Below, one piece after another: positions 23,867-37,500 of a stretch of DNA of 64,000 nt. The translations under genes were made by a program, and so were the position numbers. Location of the stretch: NCBI GenBank assembly GCA_964057225.1, contig OZ059898.1, positions 3,348,001 to 3,412,000 on the forward strand. The letters run 5' to 3'. The notes beneath the pieces are model-generated. The model was not told where the DNA came from. It saw nothing but the letters and a program-made list of their open reading frames with translations, and did not search any database. Numbering within the stretch: the first letter of the stretch is position 1; each line of letters opens with the position of its first letter. Source of the DNA: Auanema rhodensis. Lineage: Eukaryota; Animalia; Nematoda.

Positions 23867-26800
23867 TGTAGTATAGTGCATTCGATCCGGATTTTTAAGC
23901 TGCGTCGATCTGTGTTATCAGATTTGCGCTAGCTTAAAAATGCACCGAGATATCAACTGATATAAGTTCACAATTATATCCTCGATTTTCATCCTGAAGA
24001 ATTAATTTTTTCGTTGAATAACATTGTCTATCGTCTTTGCCTTGAAAAAAGGAATCTAAAAACATCTACTTTTTGCTAAATTATTTTGAAATTTTCCGAA
24101 AAAATTTTTGTCAAAATGTTTTTGGAAGCAATGTTGAGTGTACATGGAAACTCAACATACACTAATGCATCATTTTTCAAACGATCATAACTAATTTTTG
24201 TATCAAGCGTTTCTTAATGTAGTATAGTGCATTCGATCCGGATTTTTAAGCTGCGTCGATCTGTGTTATCAGATTTGCGCTAGCTTAAAAATGCACCGAG
24301 ATATCAACTGATATAAGTTCACACTTATATCCTCGATTTTCACCCTGAAGAAATAATTTTTTCGTTGAATAACATTGTCCATCGTCTTTGCCTTGAAAAA
24401 AGAAATCTAAAAACATCTACTTTTTGCTAAATTGTTTTGAAATTTTTCGAAAAAATTTTTGTCAAAATGTTTTTGGAAGCAATGTTGAGTGTACATGGAA
24501 ACTCAACATACACTAATGCATCATTTTTCAAACGATCATAACTAATTTTTGTATCAAGCGTTTCTCAATGTAGTATAGTGCATTCGATCCGGATTTTTAA
24601 GCTGCGTCGATCTGTGTTATCAGATTTGCGCTAGCTTAAAAATGCACCGAGATATCAACTGATATAAGTTCACAATTATATCCTCGATTTTCATCCTGAA
24701 GAATTAATTTTTTCGTTGAATAACATTGTCTATCGTCTTTGCCTTGAAAAAAGGAATCTAAAAACATCTACTTTTTGCTAAATTATTTTGAAATTTTCCG
24801 AAAAAATTTTTGTCAAAATGTTTTTGGAAGCAATGTTGAGTGTACATGGAAACTCAACATACACTAATGCATCATTTTTCAAACGATCATAACTAATTTT
24901 TGTATCAAGCGTTTCTTAATGTAGTATAGTGCATTCGATCCGGATTTTTAAGCTGCGTCGATCTGTGTTATCAGATTTGCGCTAGCTTAAAAATGCACCG
25001 AGATATCAACTGATATAAGTTCACACTTATATCCTCGATTTTCACCCTGAAGAAATAATTTTTTCGTTGAATAACATTGTCCATCGTCTTTGCCTTGAAA
25101 AAAGAAATCTAAAAACATCTACTTTTTGCTAAATTGTTTTGAAATTTTTCGAAAAAATTTTTGTCAAAATGTTTTTGGAAGCAATGTTGAGTGTACATGG
25201 AAACTCAACATACACTAATGCATCATTTTTCAAACGATCATAACTAATTTTTGTATCAAGCGTTTCTCAATGTAGTATAGTGCATTCGATCCGGATTTTT
25301 AAGCTGCGTCGATCTGTGTTATCAGATTTGCGCTAGCTTAAAAATGCACCGAGATATCAACTGATATAAGTTCACACTTATATCCTCGATTTTCACCCTG
25401 AAGAAATAATTTTTTCGTTGAATAACATTGTCCATCGTCTTTGCCTTGAAAAAAGAAATCTAAAAACATCTACTTTTTGCTAAATTATTTTGAAATTTTT
25501 CGAAAAAATTTTATGTCAAAATTTTTTGGAAGCAATGTTGAGTGTACATGGAAACTCAACATACACTAATGCATCATTTTTCAAACGATCATAACTAATT
25601 TTTGTATTAAGCGTTTTTCAATGTAGTATAGTGCATTCGATGCGGATTTTTAAGCTGCGTCGATCTGTGTTATCAGATTTGCGCTAGCTTAAAAATGCAC
25701 CGAGATATCAACTGATATAAGTTCACACTTATATCCTCGATTTTCATCCTGAAGAATTAATTTTTTCGTTGAATAACATTGTCCATCGTCTTTGCCTTGA
25801 GAAATGGAATCTAAAAACATCTACTTTTTGCTAAATTATTTTGAAATTTTTCGAAAAAATTTTTGTCAAAATGTTTTTGGAAGCAATGTTGAGTGTACAT
25901 GGAAACTCAACATACACTAATGCATCATTTTTCAAACGATCATAACTAATTTTTGTATCAAGCGTTTCTCAATGTAGTATAGTGCATTCGATTCGGATTT
26001 TTAAGCTGCGTCGATCTGTGTTATCAGATTTGCGCTAGCTTAAAAATGCACCGAGATATCAACTGATATAAGTTCACACTTATATCCTCGATTTTCACCC
26101 TGAAGAAATAATTTTTTCGTTGAATAACATTGTCCATCGTCTTTGCCTTGAAAAAAGAAATCTAAAAACATCTACTTTTTGCTAAATTATTTTGAAATTT
26201 TTCGAAAAAATTTTTGTCAAAATTTTTTGGAAGCAATGTTGAGTGTACATGGAAACTCAACATACACTAATGCATCATTTTTCAAACGATCATAACTAAT
26301 TTTTGTATCAAGCGTTTCTCAATGTAGTATAGTGCATTCGATCCGGATTTTTAAGCTGCGTCGATCTGTGTTATCAGATTTGCGCTAGCTTAAAAATGCA
26401 CCGAGATATCAACTGATATAAGTTCACAATTATATCCTCGATTTTCATCCTGAAGAATTAATTTTTTCGTTGAATAACATTGTCTATCGTCTTTGCCTTG
26501 AAAAAAGGAATCTAAAAACATCTACTTTTTGCTAAATTATTTTGAAATTTTCCGAAAAAATTTTTGTCAAAATGTTTTTGGAAGCAATGTTGAGTGTACA
26601 TGGAAACTCAACATACACTAATGCATCATTTTTCAAACGATCATAACTAATTTTTGTATCAAGCGTTTCTTAATGTAGTATAGTGCATTCGATCCGGATT
26701 TTTAAGCTGCGTCGATCTGTGTTATCAGATTTGCGCTAGCTTAAAAATGCACCGAGATATCAACTGATATAAGTTCACACTTATATCCTCGATTTTCACC

Positions 26801-27375
26801 CTGAAGAAATAATTTTTTCGTTGAATAACATTGTCCATCGTCTTTGCCTTGAAAAAAGAAATCTAAAAACATCTACTTTTTGCTAAATTGTTTTGAAATT
26901 TTTCGAAAAAATTTTTGTCAAAATGTTTTTGGAAGCAATGTTGAGTGTACATGGAAACTCAACATACACTAATGCATCATTTTTCAAACGATCATAACTA
27001 ATTTTTGTATCAAGCGTTTCTCAATGTAGTATAGTGCATTCGATCCGGATTTTTAAGCTGCGTCGATCTGTGTTATCAGATTTGCGCTAGCTTAAAAATG
27101 CACCTAGATATCAACTGATATAAGTTCACACTTATATCCTCGATTTTCACCCTGAAGAAATAATTTTTTCGTTGAATAACATTGTCCATCGTCTTTGCCT
27201 TGAAAAAAGAAATCTAAAAACATCTACTTTTTGCTAAATTATTTTGAAATTTTTCGAAAAAATTTTATGTCAAAATTTTTTGGAAGCAATGTTGAGTGTA
27301 CATGGAAACTCAACATACACTAATGCATCATTTTTCAAACGATCATAACTAATTTTTGTATTAAGCGTTTTTCAA
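23867..27375. repeat. Local 2-/3-monomer higher-order units (M69-70, M71-73, M76-78)
   Basis: A cacaAtt monomer followed by an aattGtt monomer occurs three times (starts 23867, 24569, 26323). The last two are followed by a ttttAtgtc monomer (starts 25271, 27025). Confidence 0.8.
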
Positions 27376-30300
27376 TGTAGTATAGTGCATTCGATGCGGA
27401 TTTTTAAGCTGCGTCGATCTGTGTTATCAGATTTGCGCTAGCTTAAAAATGCACCGAGATATCAACTGATATAAGTTCACACTTATATCCTCGATTTTCA
27501 TCCTGAAGAATTAATTTTTTCGTTGAATAACATTGTCTATCGTCTTTGCCTTGAAAAAAGGAATCTAAAAACATCTACTTTTTGCTAAATTATTTTGAAA
27601 TTTTCCGAAAAAATTTTTGTCAAAATGTTTTTGGAAGCAATGTTGAGTGTACATGGAAACTCAACATACACTAATGCATCATTTTTCAAACGATCATAAC
27701 TAATTTTTGTATCAAGCGTTTCTCAATGTAGTATAGTGCATTCGATCCGGATTTTTAAGCTGCGTCGATCTGTGTTATCAGATTTGCGCTAGCTTAAAAA
27801 TGCACCGAGATATCAACTGATATAAGTTCACACTTATATCCTCGATTTTCACCCTGAAGAAATAATTTTTTCGTTGACTAACATTGTCCATCGTCTTTGC
27901 CTTGAAAAAAGGAATCTAAAAACATCTACTTTTTGCTAAATTATTTTGAAATTTTTCGAAAAAATTTTTGTCAAAATGTTTTTGGAAGCAATGTTGAGTG
28001 TACATGGAAACTCAACATACACTAATGCATCATTTTTCAAACGATCATAACTAATTTTTGTATTAAGCTTTTCTCAATGTAGTATAGTGCATTCGATGCG
28101 GATTTTTAAGCTGCGTCGATCTGTGTTATCAGATTTGCGCTAGCTTAAAAATGCACCGAGATATCAACTGATATAAGTTCACACTTATATCCTCGATTTT
28201 CATCCTGAAGAATTAATTTTTTCGTTGAATAACATTGTCCATCGTCTTTGCCTTGAAAAATCGAATCTAAAAACATCTACTTTTCGCTAAATTATTTTGA
28301 AATTTTTCGAAAAAATTTTTGTCAAAATGTTTTTGGAAGCAATGTTGAGTGTACATGGAAACTCAACATACACTAATGCATCATTTTTCAAACGATCATA
28401 ACTAATTTTTGTATCAAGCGTTTTTCAATGTAGTATAGTGCATTCGATCCGGATTTTCAAGCTGCGTCGATCTGTGTTATCAGATTTGCGCTAGCTTAAA
28501 AATGCACCGAGATATCAACTGATATAAGTTCACACTTATATCCTCGATTTTCACCCTGAAGAAATAATTTTTTCGTTGAATAACATTGTCCATCGTCTTT
28601 GCCTTGAAAAAAGGAATCTAAAAACATCTACTTTTTGCTAAATTATTTTGAAATTTTTCGAAAAAATTTTTGTCAAAATTTTTTGGAAGCAATGTTGAGT
28701 GTACATGGAAACTCAACATACACTAATGCATCATTTTTCAAACGATCATAACTAATTTTTGTATTAAGCGTTTTTCAATGTAGTATAGTGCATCCGATGC
28801 GGATTTTTAAGCTGCGTCGATCTGTGTTATCAGATTTGCGCTAGCTTAAAAATGCACCGAGATATCAACTGATATAAGTTCACACTTATATCCTCGATTT
28901 TCATCCTGAAGAATTAATTTTTTCGTTGAATAACATTGTCCATCGTCTTTGCCTTGAAAAATCAAATCTAAAAACATCTACTTTTCGCTAAATTATTTTG
29001 AAATTTTTCGAAAAAATTTTTGTCAAAATGTTTTTGGAAGCAATGTTGAGTGTACATGGAAACTCAACATACACTAATGCATCATTTTTCAAACGATCAT
29101 AACTAATTTTTGTATCAAGCGTTTTTCAATGTAGTATAGTGCATTCGATGCGGATTTTTAAGCTGCGTCGATCTGTGTTATCAGATTTGCGCTAGCTTAA
29201 AAATGCACCGAGATATCAACTGATATAAGTTCACACTTATATCCTCGATTTTCACCCTGAAGAATTAATTTTCTCGTTGAATAACATTGTCCATCGTCTT
29301 TGCCTTGAAAAAAGGAATCTAAAAACATCTACTTTTTGCTAAATTATTTTGAAATTTTCCGAAAAAATTTTTGTCAAAATGTTTTTGGAAGCAATGTTGA
29401 GTGTACATGGAAACTCAACATACACTAATGCATCATTTTTCAAACGATCATAACTAATTTTTGTATTAAGCGTTTTTCAATGTAGTATAGTGCATTCGAT
29501 GCGGATTTTTAAGCTGCGTCGATCTGTGTTATCAGATTTGCGCTAGCTTAAAAATGCACCGAGATATCAACTGATATAAGTTCACACTTATATCCTCGAT
29601 TTTCACCCTGAAGAATTAATTTTCTCGTTGAATAACATTGTCCATCGTCTTTGCCTTGAAAAAAGGAATCTAAAAACATCTACTTTTTGCTAAATTATTT
29701 TGAAATTTTTCGAAAAAAGTTTTGTCAAAATGTTTTTGGAAGCAATGTTGAGTGTACATGGAAACTCAACATACACTAATGCATCATTTTTCAAACGATC
29801 ATAACTAATTTTTGTATTAAGCTTTTCTCAATGTAGTATAGTGCATTCGATGCGGATTTTCAAGCTGCGTCGATCTGTGTTATCAGATTTGCGCTAGCTT
29901 AAAAATGCACCGAGATATCAACTGATATAAGTTCACACTTATATCCTCGATTTTCACCCTGAAGAATTAATTTTTTCGTTGAATAACATTGTCTATCGTC
30001 TTTGCCTTGAAAAATGGAATCCAAAAACATCTACTTTTTGCTAAATTATTTTGAAATTTTTCGAAAAAATTTTTGTCAAAATGTTTTTGGAAGCAATGTT
30101 GAGTGTACATGGAAACTCAACATACACTAATGCATCATTTTTCAAACGATCATAACTAATTTTTGTATCAAGCGTTTTTCAATGTAGTATAGTGCATTCG
30201 ATGCGGATTTTTAAGCTGCGTCGATCTGTGTTATCAGATTTGCGCTAGCTTAAAAATGCACCGAGATATCAACTGATATAAGTTCACACTTATATCCTCG

Positions 30301-31586
30301 ATTTTCATCCTGAAGAATTAATTTTTTCGTTGAATAACATTGTCTATCGTCTTTGCCTTGAAAAAAGGAATCTAAAAACATCTACTTTTTGCTAAATTAT
30401 TTTGAAATTTTCCGAAAAAATTTTTGTCAAAATGTTTTTGGAAGCAATGTTGAGTGTACATGGAAACTCAACATACACTAATGCATCATTTTTCAAACGA
30501 TCATAACTAATTTTTGTATCAAGCGTTTCTCAATGTAGTATAGTGCATTCGATCCGGATTTTTAAGCTGCGTCGATCTGTGTTATCAGATTTGCGCTAGC
30601 TTAAAAATGCACCGAGATATCAACTGATATAAGTTCACACTTATATCCTCGATTTTCACCCTGAAGAAATAATTTTTTCGTTGACTAACATTGTCCATCG
30701 TCTTTGCCTTGAAAAAAGGAATCTAAAAACATCTACTTTTTGCTAAATTATTTTGAAATTTTTCGAAAAAATTTTTGTCAAAATGTTTTTGGAAGCAATG
30801 TTGAGTGTACATGGAAACTCAACATACACTAATGCATCATTTTTCAAACGATCATAACTAATTTTTGTATTAAGCTTTTCTCAATGTAGTATAGTGCATT
30901 CGATGCGGATTTTTAAGCTGCGTCGATCTGTGTTATCAGATTTGCGCTAGCTTAAAAATGCACCGAGATATCAACTGATATAAGTTCACACTTATATCCT
31001 CGATTTTCATCCTGAAGAATTAATTTTTTCGTTGAATAACATTGTCCATCGTCTTTGCCTTGAAAAATCAAATCTAAAAACATCTACTTTTCGCTAAATT
31101 ATTTTGAAATTTTTCGAAAAAATTTTTGTCAAAATGTTTTTGGAAGCAATGTTGAGTGTACATGGAAACTCAACATACACTAATGCATCATTTTTCAAAC
31201 GATCATAACTAATTTTTGTATCAAGCGTTTTTCAATGTAGTATAGTGCATTCGATGCGGATTTTTAAGCTGCGTCGATCTGTGTTATCAGATTTGCGCTA
31301 GCTTAAAAATGCACCGAGATATCAACTGATATAAGTTCACACTTATATCCTCGATTTTCACCCTGAAGAATTAATTTTCTCGTTGAATAACATTGTCCAT
31401 CGTCTTTGCCTTGAAAAAAGGAATCTAAAAACATCTACTTTTTGCTAAATTATTTTGAAATTTTCCGAAAAAATTTTTGTCAAAATGTTTTTGGAAGCAA
31501 TGTTGAGTGTACATGGAAACTCAACATACACTAATGCATCATTTTTCAAACGATCATAACTAATTTTTGTATTAAGCGTTTTTCAA

Positions 31587-34500
31587 TGTAGTATAGTGCA
31601 TTCGATGCGGATTTTCAAGCTGCGTCGATCTGTGTTATCAGATTTGCGCTAGCTTAAAAATGCACCGAGATATCAACTGATATAAGTTCACACTTATATC
31701 CTCGATTTTCATCCTGAAGAATTAATTTTTTCGTTGAATAACATTGTCCATCGTCTTTGCCTTGAAAAATCAAATCTAAAAACATCTACTTTTCGCTAAA
31801 TTATTTTGAAATTTTTCGAAAAAATTTTTGTCAAAATGTTTTTGGAAGCAATGTTGAGTGTACATGGAAACTCAACATACACTAATGCATCATTTTTCAA
31901 ACGATCATAACTAATTTTTGTATCAAGCGTTTTTCAATGTAGTATAGTGCATTCGATGCGGATTTTTAAGCTGCGTCGATCTGTGTTATCAGATTTGCGC
32001 TAGCTTAAAAATGCACCGAGATATCAACTGATATAAGTTCACACTTATATCCTCGATTTTCACCCTGAAGAATTAATTTTCTCGTTGAATAACATTGTCC
32101 ATCGTCTTTGCCTTGAAAAAAGGAATCTAAAAACATCTACTTTTTGCTAAATTATTTTGAAATTTTCCGAAAAAATTTTTGTCAAAATGTTTTTGGAAGC
32201 AATGTTGAGTGTACATGGAAACTCAACATACACTAATGCATCATTTTTCAAACGATCATAACTAATTTTTGTATTAAGCGTTTTTCAATGTAGTATAGTG
32301 CATTCGATGCGGATTTTTAAGCTGCGTCGATCTGTGTTATCAGATTTGCGCTAGCTTAAAAATGCACCGAGATATCAACTGATATAAGTTCACACTTATA
32401 TCCTCGATTTTCACCCTGAAGAATTAATTTTCTCGTTGAATAACATTGTCCATCGTCTTTGCCTTGAAAAAAGGAATCTAAAAACATCTACTTTTTGCTA
32501 AATTATTTTGAAATTTTTCGAAAAAAGTTTTGTCAAAATGTTTTTGGAAGCAATGTTGAGTGTACATGGAAACTCAACATACACTAATGCATCATTTTTC
32601 AAACGATCATAACTAATTTTTGTATTAAGCTTTTCTCAATGTAGTATAGTGCATTCGATGCGGATTTTCAAGCTGCGTCGATCTGTGTTATCAGATTTGC
32701 GCTAGCTTAAAAATGCACCGAGATATCAACTGATATAAGTTCACACTTATATCTTCGATTTTCACCCTGAAGAAATAATTTTTTCGTTGAATAACATTGT
32801 CCATCGTCTTTGCTTTGAAAAAAGGAATCTAAAAACATCTACTTTTTGCTAAATTATTTTGAAATTTTTCGAAAAAAGTTTTGTCAAAATGTTTTTGGAA
32901 GCAATGTTGAGTGTACATGGAAACTCAACATACACTAATGCATCATTTTTCAAACGATCATAACTAATTTTTGTATTAAGCTTTTCTCAATGTAGTATAG
33001 TGCATTCGATGCGGATTTTCAAGCTGCGTCGATCTGTGTTATCAGATTTGCGCTAGCTTAAAAATGCACCGAGATATCAACTGATACAAGTTCACACTTA
33101 TATCTTCGATTTTCACCCTGAAGAAATAATTTTTTCGTTGAATAACATTGTCCATCGTCTTTGCTTTGAAAAAAGGATTCTAAAAACATCTACTTTTTGC
33201 TAAATTATTTTGAAATTTTTCGAAAAAATTTTTGTCAAAATGTTTTTGGAAGCAATGTTGAGTGTACATGGAAACTCAACATACACTAATGCATCATTTT
33301 TCAAACGATCATAACTAATTTTTGTATCAAGCGTTTCTTAATGTTGTATAGTGCATTCGATCCGGATTTTTAAGCTGCGTCGATCTGTGTTATCAGATTT
33401 GCGCTAGCTTAAAAATGCACCGAGATATCAACTGATATAAGTTCACACTTATATCCTCGATTTTCACCCTGAAGAAATAATTTTTTCGTTGAATAACATC
33501 GTCCATCGTCTTTGCCTTGAAAAAAGGAATCTAAAAACATCTACTTTCTGCTAAATTATTTTGAAATTTTTCGAAAAAATTTTTGTCAAAATGTTTTTGG
33601 AAGCAATGTTGAGTGTACATGGAAACTCAACATACACTAATGCATCATTTTTCAAACGATCATAACTAATTTTTGTATCAAGCGTTCCTCAATGTAGTAA
33701 AGTGCATTCGATGCGGATTTTTAAGCTGCGTCGATCTGTGTTATCAGATTTGCGCTAGCTTAAAAATGCACCGAGATATCAACTGATATAAGTTCACACT
33801 TATATCCTCGATTTTCACCCTGAAGAATTAATTTGTTCGTTGAATAACATTGTCTATCGTCTTTGCCTTGAGAAATGGAATCTAAAAACATCTACTTTTT
33901 GCTAAATTATTCTGAAATTTTTCGAAAAAATTTTTGTCAAAATGTTTTTGGAAGCAATGTTGAGTGTACATGGAAACTCAACATACACTAATGCATCATT
34001 TTTCAAACGATCATAACTAATTTTTGTATCAAGCGTTTTTCAATGTAGTATAGTGCATTCGATCCGGATTTTCAAGCTGCGTCGATCTGTGTTATCAGAT
34101 TTGCGCTAGCTTAAAAATGCACCGAGATATCAACTGATACAAGTTCACACTTATATCTTCGATTTTCACCCTGAAGAAATAATTTTTTCGTTGAATAACA
34201 TTGTCCATCGTCTTTGCTTTGAAAAAAGGATTCTAAAAACATCTACTTTTTGCTAAATTATTTTGAAATTTTTCGAAAAAAGTTTTGTCAAAATGTTTTT
34301 GGAAGCAATGTTGAGTGTACATGGAAACTCAACATACACTAATGCATCATTTTTCAAACGATCATAACTAATTTTTGTATTAAGCGTTTTTCAATGTAGT
34401 ATAGTGCATTCGATGCGGATTTTTAAGCTGCGTCGATCTTTGTTATCAGATTTGCGCTAGCTTAAAAATGCACCGAGATATCAACTGATACAAGTTCACA

Positions 34501-37500
34501 CTTATATCTTCGATTTTCACCCTGAAGAAATAATTTTTTCGTTGAATAACATTGTCCATCGTCTTTGCTTTGAAAAAAGGATTCTAAAAACATCTACTTT
34601 TTGCTAAATTATCTTGAAATTTTTCGAAAAAATTTTTGTCAAAATGTTTTTGGAAGCAATGTTGAGTGTACATGGAAACTCAACATACACTAATGCATCA
34701 TTTTTCAAACGATCATAACTAATTTTTGTATCAAGCGTTTCTTAATGTTGTATAGTGCATTCGATCCGGATTTTTAAGCTGCGTCGATCTGTGTTATCAG
34801 ATTTGCGCTAGCTTAAAAATGCACCGAGATATCAACTGATATAAGTTCACACTTATATCCTCGATTTTCACCCTGAAGAAATAATTTTTTCGTTGAATAA
34901 CATCGTCCATCGTCTTTGCCTTGAAAAAAGGAATCTAAAAACATCTACTTTCTGCTAAATTATTTTGAAATTTTTCGAAAAAATTTTTGTCAAAATGTTT
35001 TTGGAAGCAATGTTGAGTGTACATGGAAACTCAACATACACTAATGCATCATTTTTCAAACGATCATAACTAATTTTTGTATTAAGCGTTTCTCAATGTA
35101 GTAAAGTGCATTCGATGCGGATTTTTAAGCTGCGTCGATCTGTGTTATCAGATTTGCGCTAGCTTAAAAATGCACCGAGATATCAACTGATATAAGTTCA
35201 CACTTATATCCTCGATTTTCACCCTGAAGAAATAATTTTTTCGTTGAATAACATCGTCCATCGTCTTTGCCTTGAAAAAAGGAATCTAAAAACATCTACT
35301 TTCTGCTAAATTATTTTGAAATTTTTCGAAAAAATTTTTGTCAAAATGTTTTTGGAAGCAATGTTGAGTGTACATGGAAACTCAACATACACTAATGCAT
35401 CATTTTTCAAACGATCATAACTAATTTTTGTATCAAGCGTTTCTTAATGTTGTATAGTGCATTCGATCCGGATTTTTAAGCTGCGTCGATCTGTGTTATC
35501 AGATTTGCGCTAGCTTAAAAATGCACCGAGATATCAACTGATATAAGTTCACACTTATATCCTCGATTTTCACCCTGAAGAAATAATTTTTTCGTTGAAT
35601 AACATCGTCCATCGTCTTTGCCTTGAAAAAAGGAATCTAAAAACATCTACTTTCTGCTAAATTATTTTGAAATTTTTCGAAAAAATTTTTGTCAAAATGT
35701 TTTTGGAAGCAATGTTGAGTGTACATGGAAACTCAACATACACTAATGCATCATTTTTCAAACGATCATAACTAATTTTTGTATTAAGCGTTTCTCAATG
35801 TAGTAAAGTGCATTCGATGCGGATTTTTAAGCTGCGTCGATCTGTGTTATCAGATTTGCGCTAGCTTAAAAATGCACCGAGATATCAACTGATATAAGTT
35901 CACACTTATATCCTCGATTTTCACCCTGAAGAATTAATTTGTTCGTTGAATAACATTGTCTATCGTCTTTGCCTTGAGAAATGGAATCTAAAAACATCTA
36001 CTTTTTGCTAAATTATTCTGAAATTTTTCGAAAAAATTTTTGTCAAAATGTTTTTGGAAGCAATGTTGAGTGTACATGGAAACTCAACATACACTAATGC
36101 ATCATTTTTCAAACGATCATAACTAATTTTTGTATTAAGCGTTTCTCAATGTAGTAAAGTGCATTCGATGCGGATTTTTAAGCTGCGTCGATCTTTGTTA
36201 TCAGATTTGCGCTAGCTTAAAAATGCACCGAGATATCAACTGATACAAGTTCACACTTATATCTTCGATTTTCACCCTGAAGAAATAATTTTTTCGTTGA
36301 ATAACATTGTCCATCGTCTTTGCCTTGAAAAAAGGAATCTAAAAACATCTACTTTTTGCTAAATTATTTTGAAATTTTCCGAAAAAATTTTTGTCAAAAT
36401 GTTTTTGGAAGCAATGTTGAGTGTACATGGAAACTCAACATACACTAATGCATCATTTTTCAAACGATCATAACTAATTTTTGTATTAAGCGTTTTTCAA
36501 TGTAGTATAGTGCATTCGATGCGGATTTTCAAGCTGCGTCGATCTGTGTTATCAGATTTGCGCTAGCTTAAAAATGCACCGAGATATCAACTGATATAAG
36601 TTCACACTTATATCCTCGATTTTCATCCTGAAGAATTAATTTTTTCGTTGAATAACATTGTCCATCGTCTTTGCCTTGAAAAATCAAATCTAAAAACATC
36701 TACTTTTCGCTAAATTATTTTGAAATTTTTCGAAAAAATTTTTGTCAAAATGTTTTTGGAAGCAATGTTGAGTGTACATGGAAACTCAACATACACTAAT
36801 GCATCATTTTTCAAACGATCATAACTAATTTTTGTATCAAGCGTTTTTCAATGTAGTATAGTGCATTCGATGCGGATTTTTAAGCTGCGTCGATCTGTGT
36901 TATCAGATTTGCGCTAGCTTAAAAATGCACCGAGATATCAACTGATATAAGTTCACACTTATATCCTCGATTTTCACCCTGAAGAATTAATTTTCTCGTT
37001 GAATAACATTGTCCATCGTCTTTGCCTTGAAAAAAGGAATCTAAAAACATCTACTTTTTGCTAAATTATTTTGAAATTTTCCGAAAAAATTTTTGTCAAA
37101 ATGTTTTTGGAAGCAATGTTGAGTGTACATGGAAACTCAACATACACTAATGCATCATTTTTCAAACGATCATAACTAATTTTTGTATTAAGCGTTTTTC
37201 AATGTAGTATAGTGCATTCGATGCGGATTTTTAAGCTGCGTCGATCTGTGTTATCAGATTTGCGCTAGCTTAAAAATGCACCGAGATATCAACTGATATA
37301 AGTTCACACTTATATCCTCGATTTTCACCCTGAAGAATTAATTTTCTCGTTGAATAACATTGTCCATCGTCTTTGCCTTGAAAAAAGGAATCTAAAAACA
37401 TCTACTTTTTGCTAAATTATTTTGAAATTTTCCGAAAAAATTTTTGTCAAAATGTTTTTGGAAGCAATGTTGAGTGTACATGGAAACTCAACATACACTA

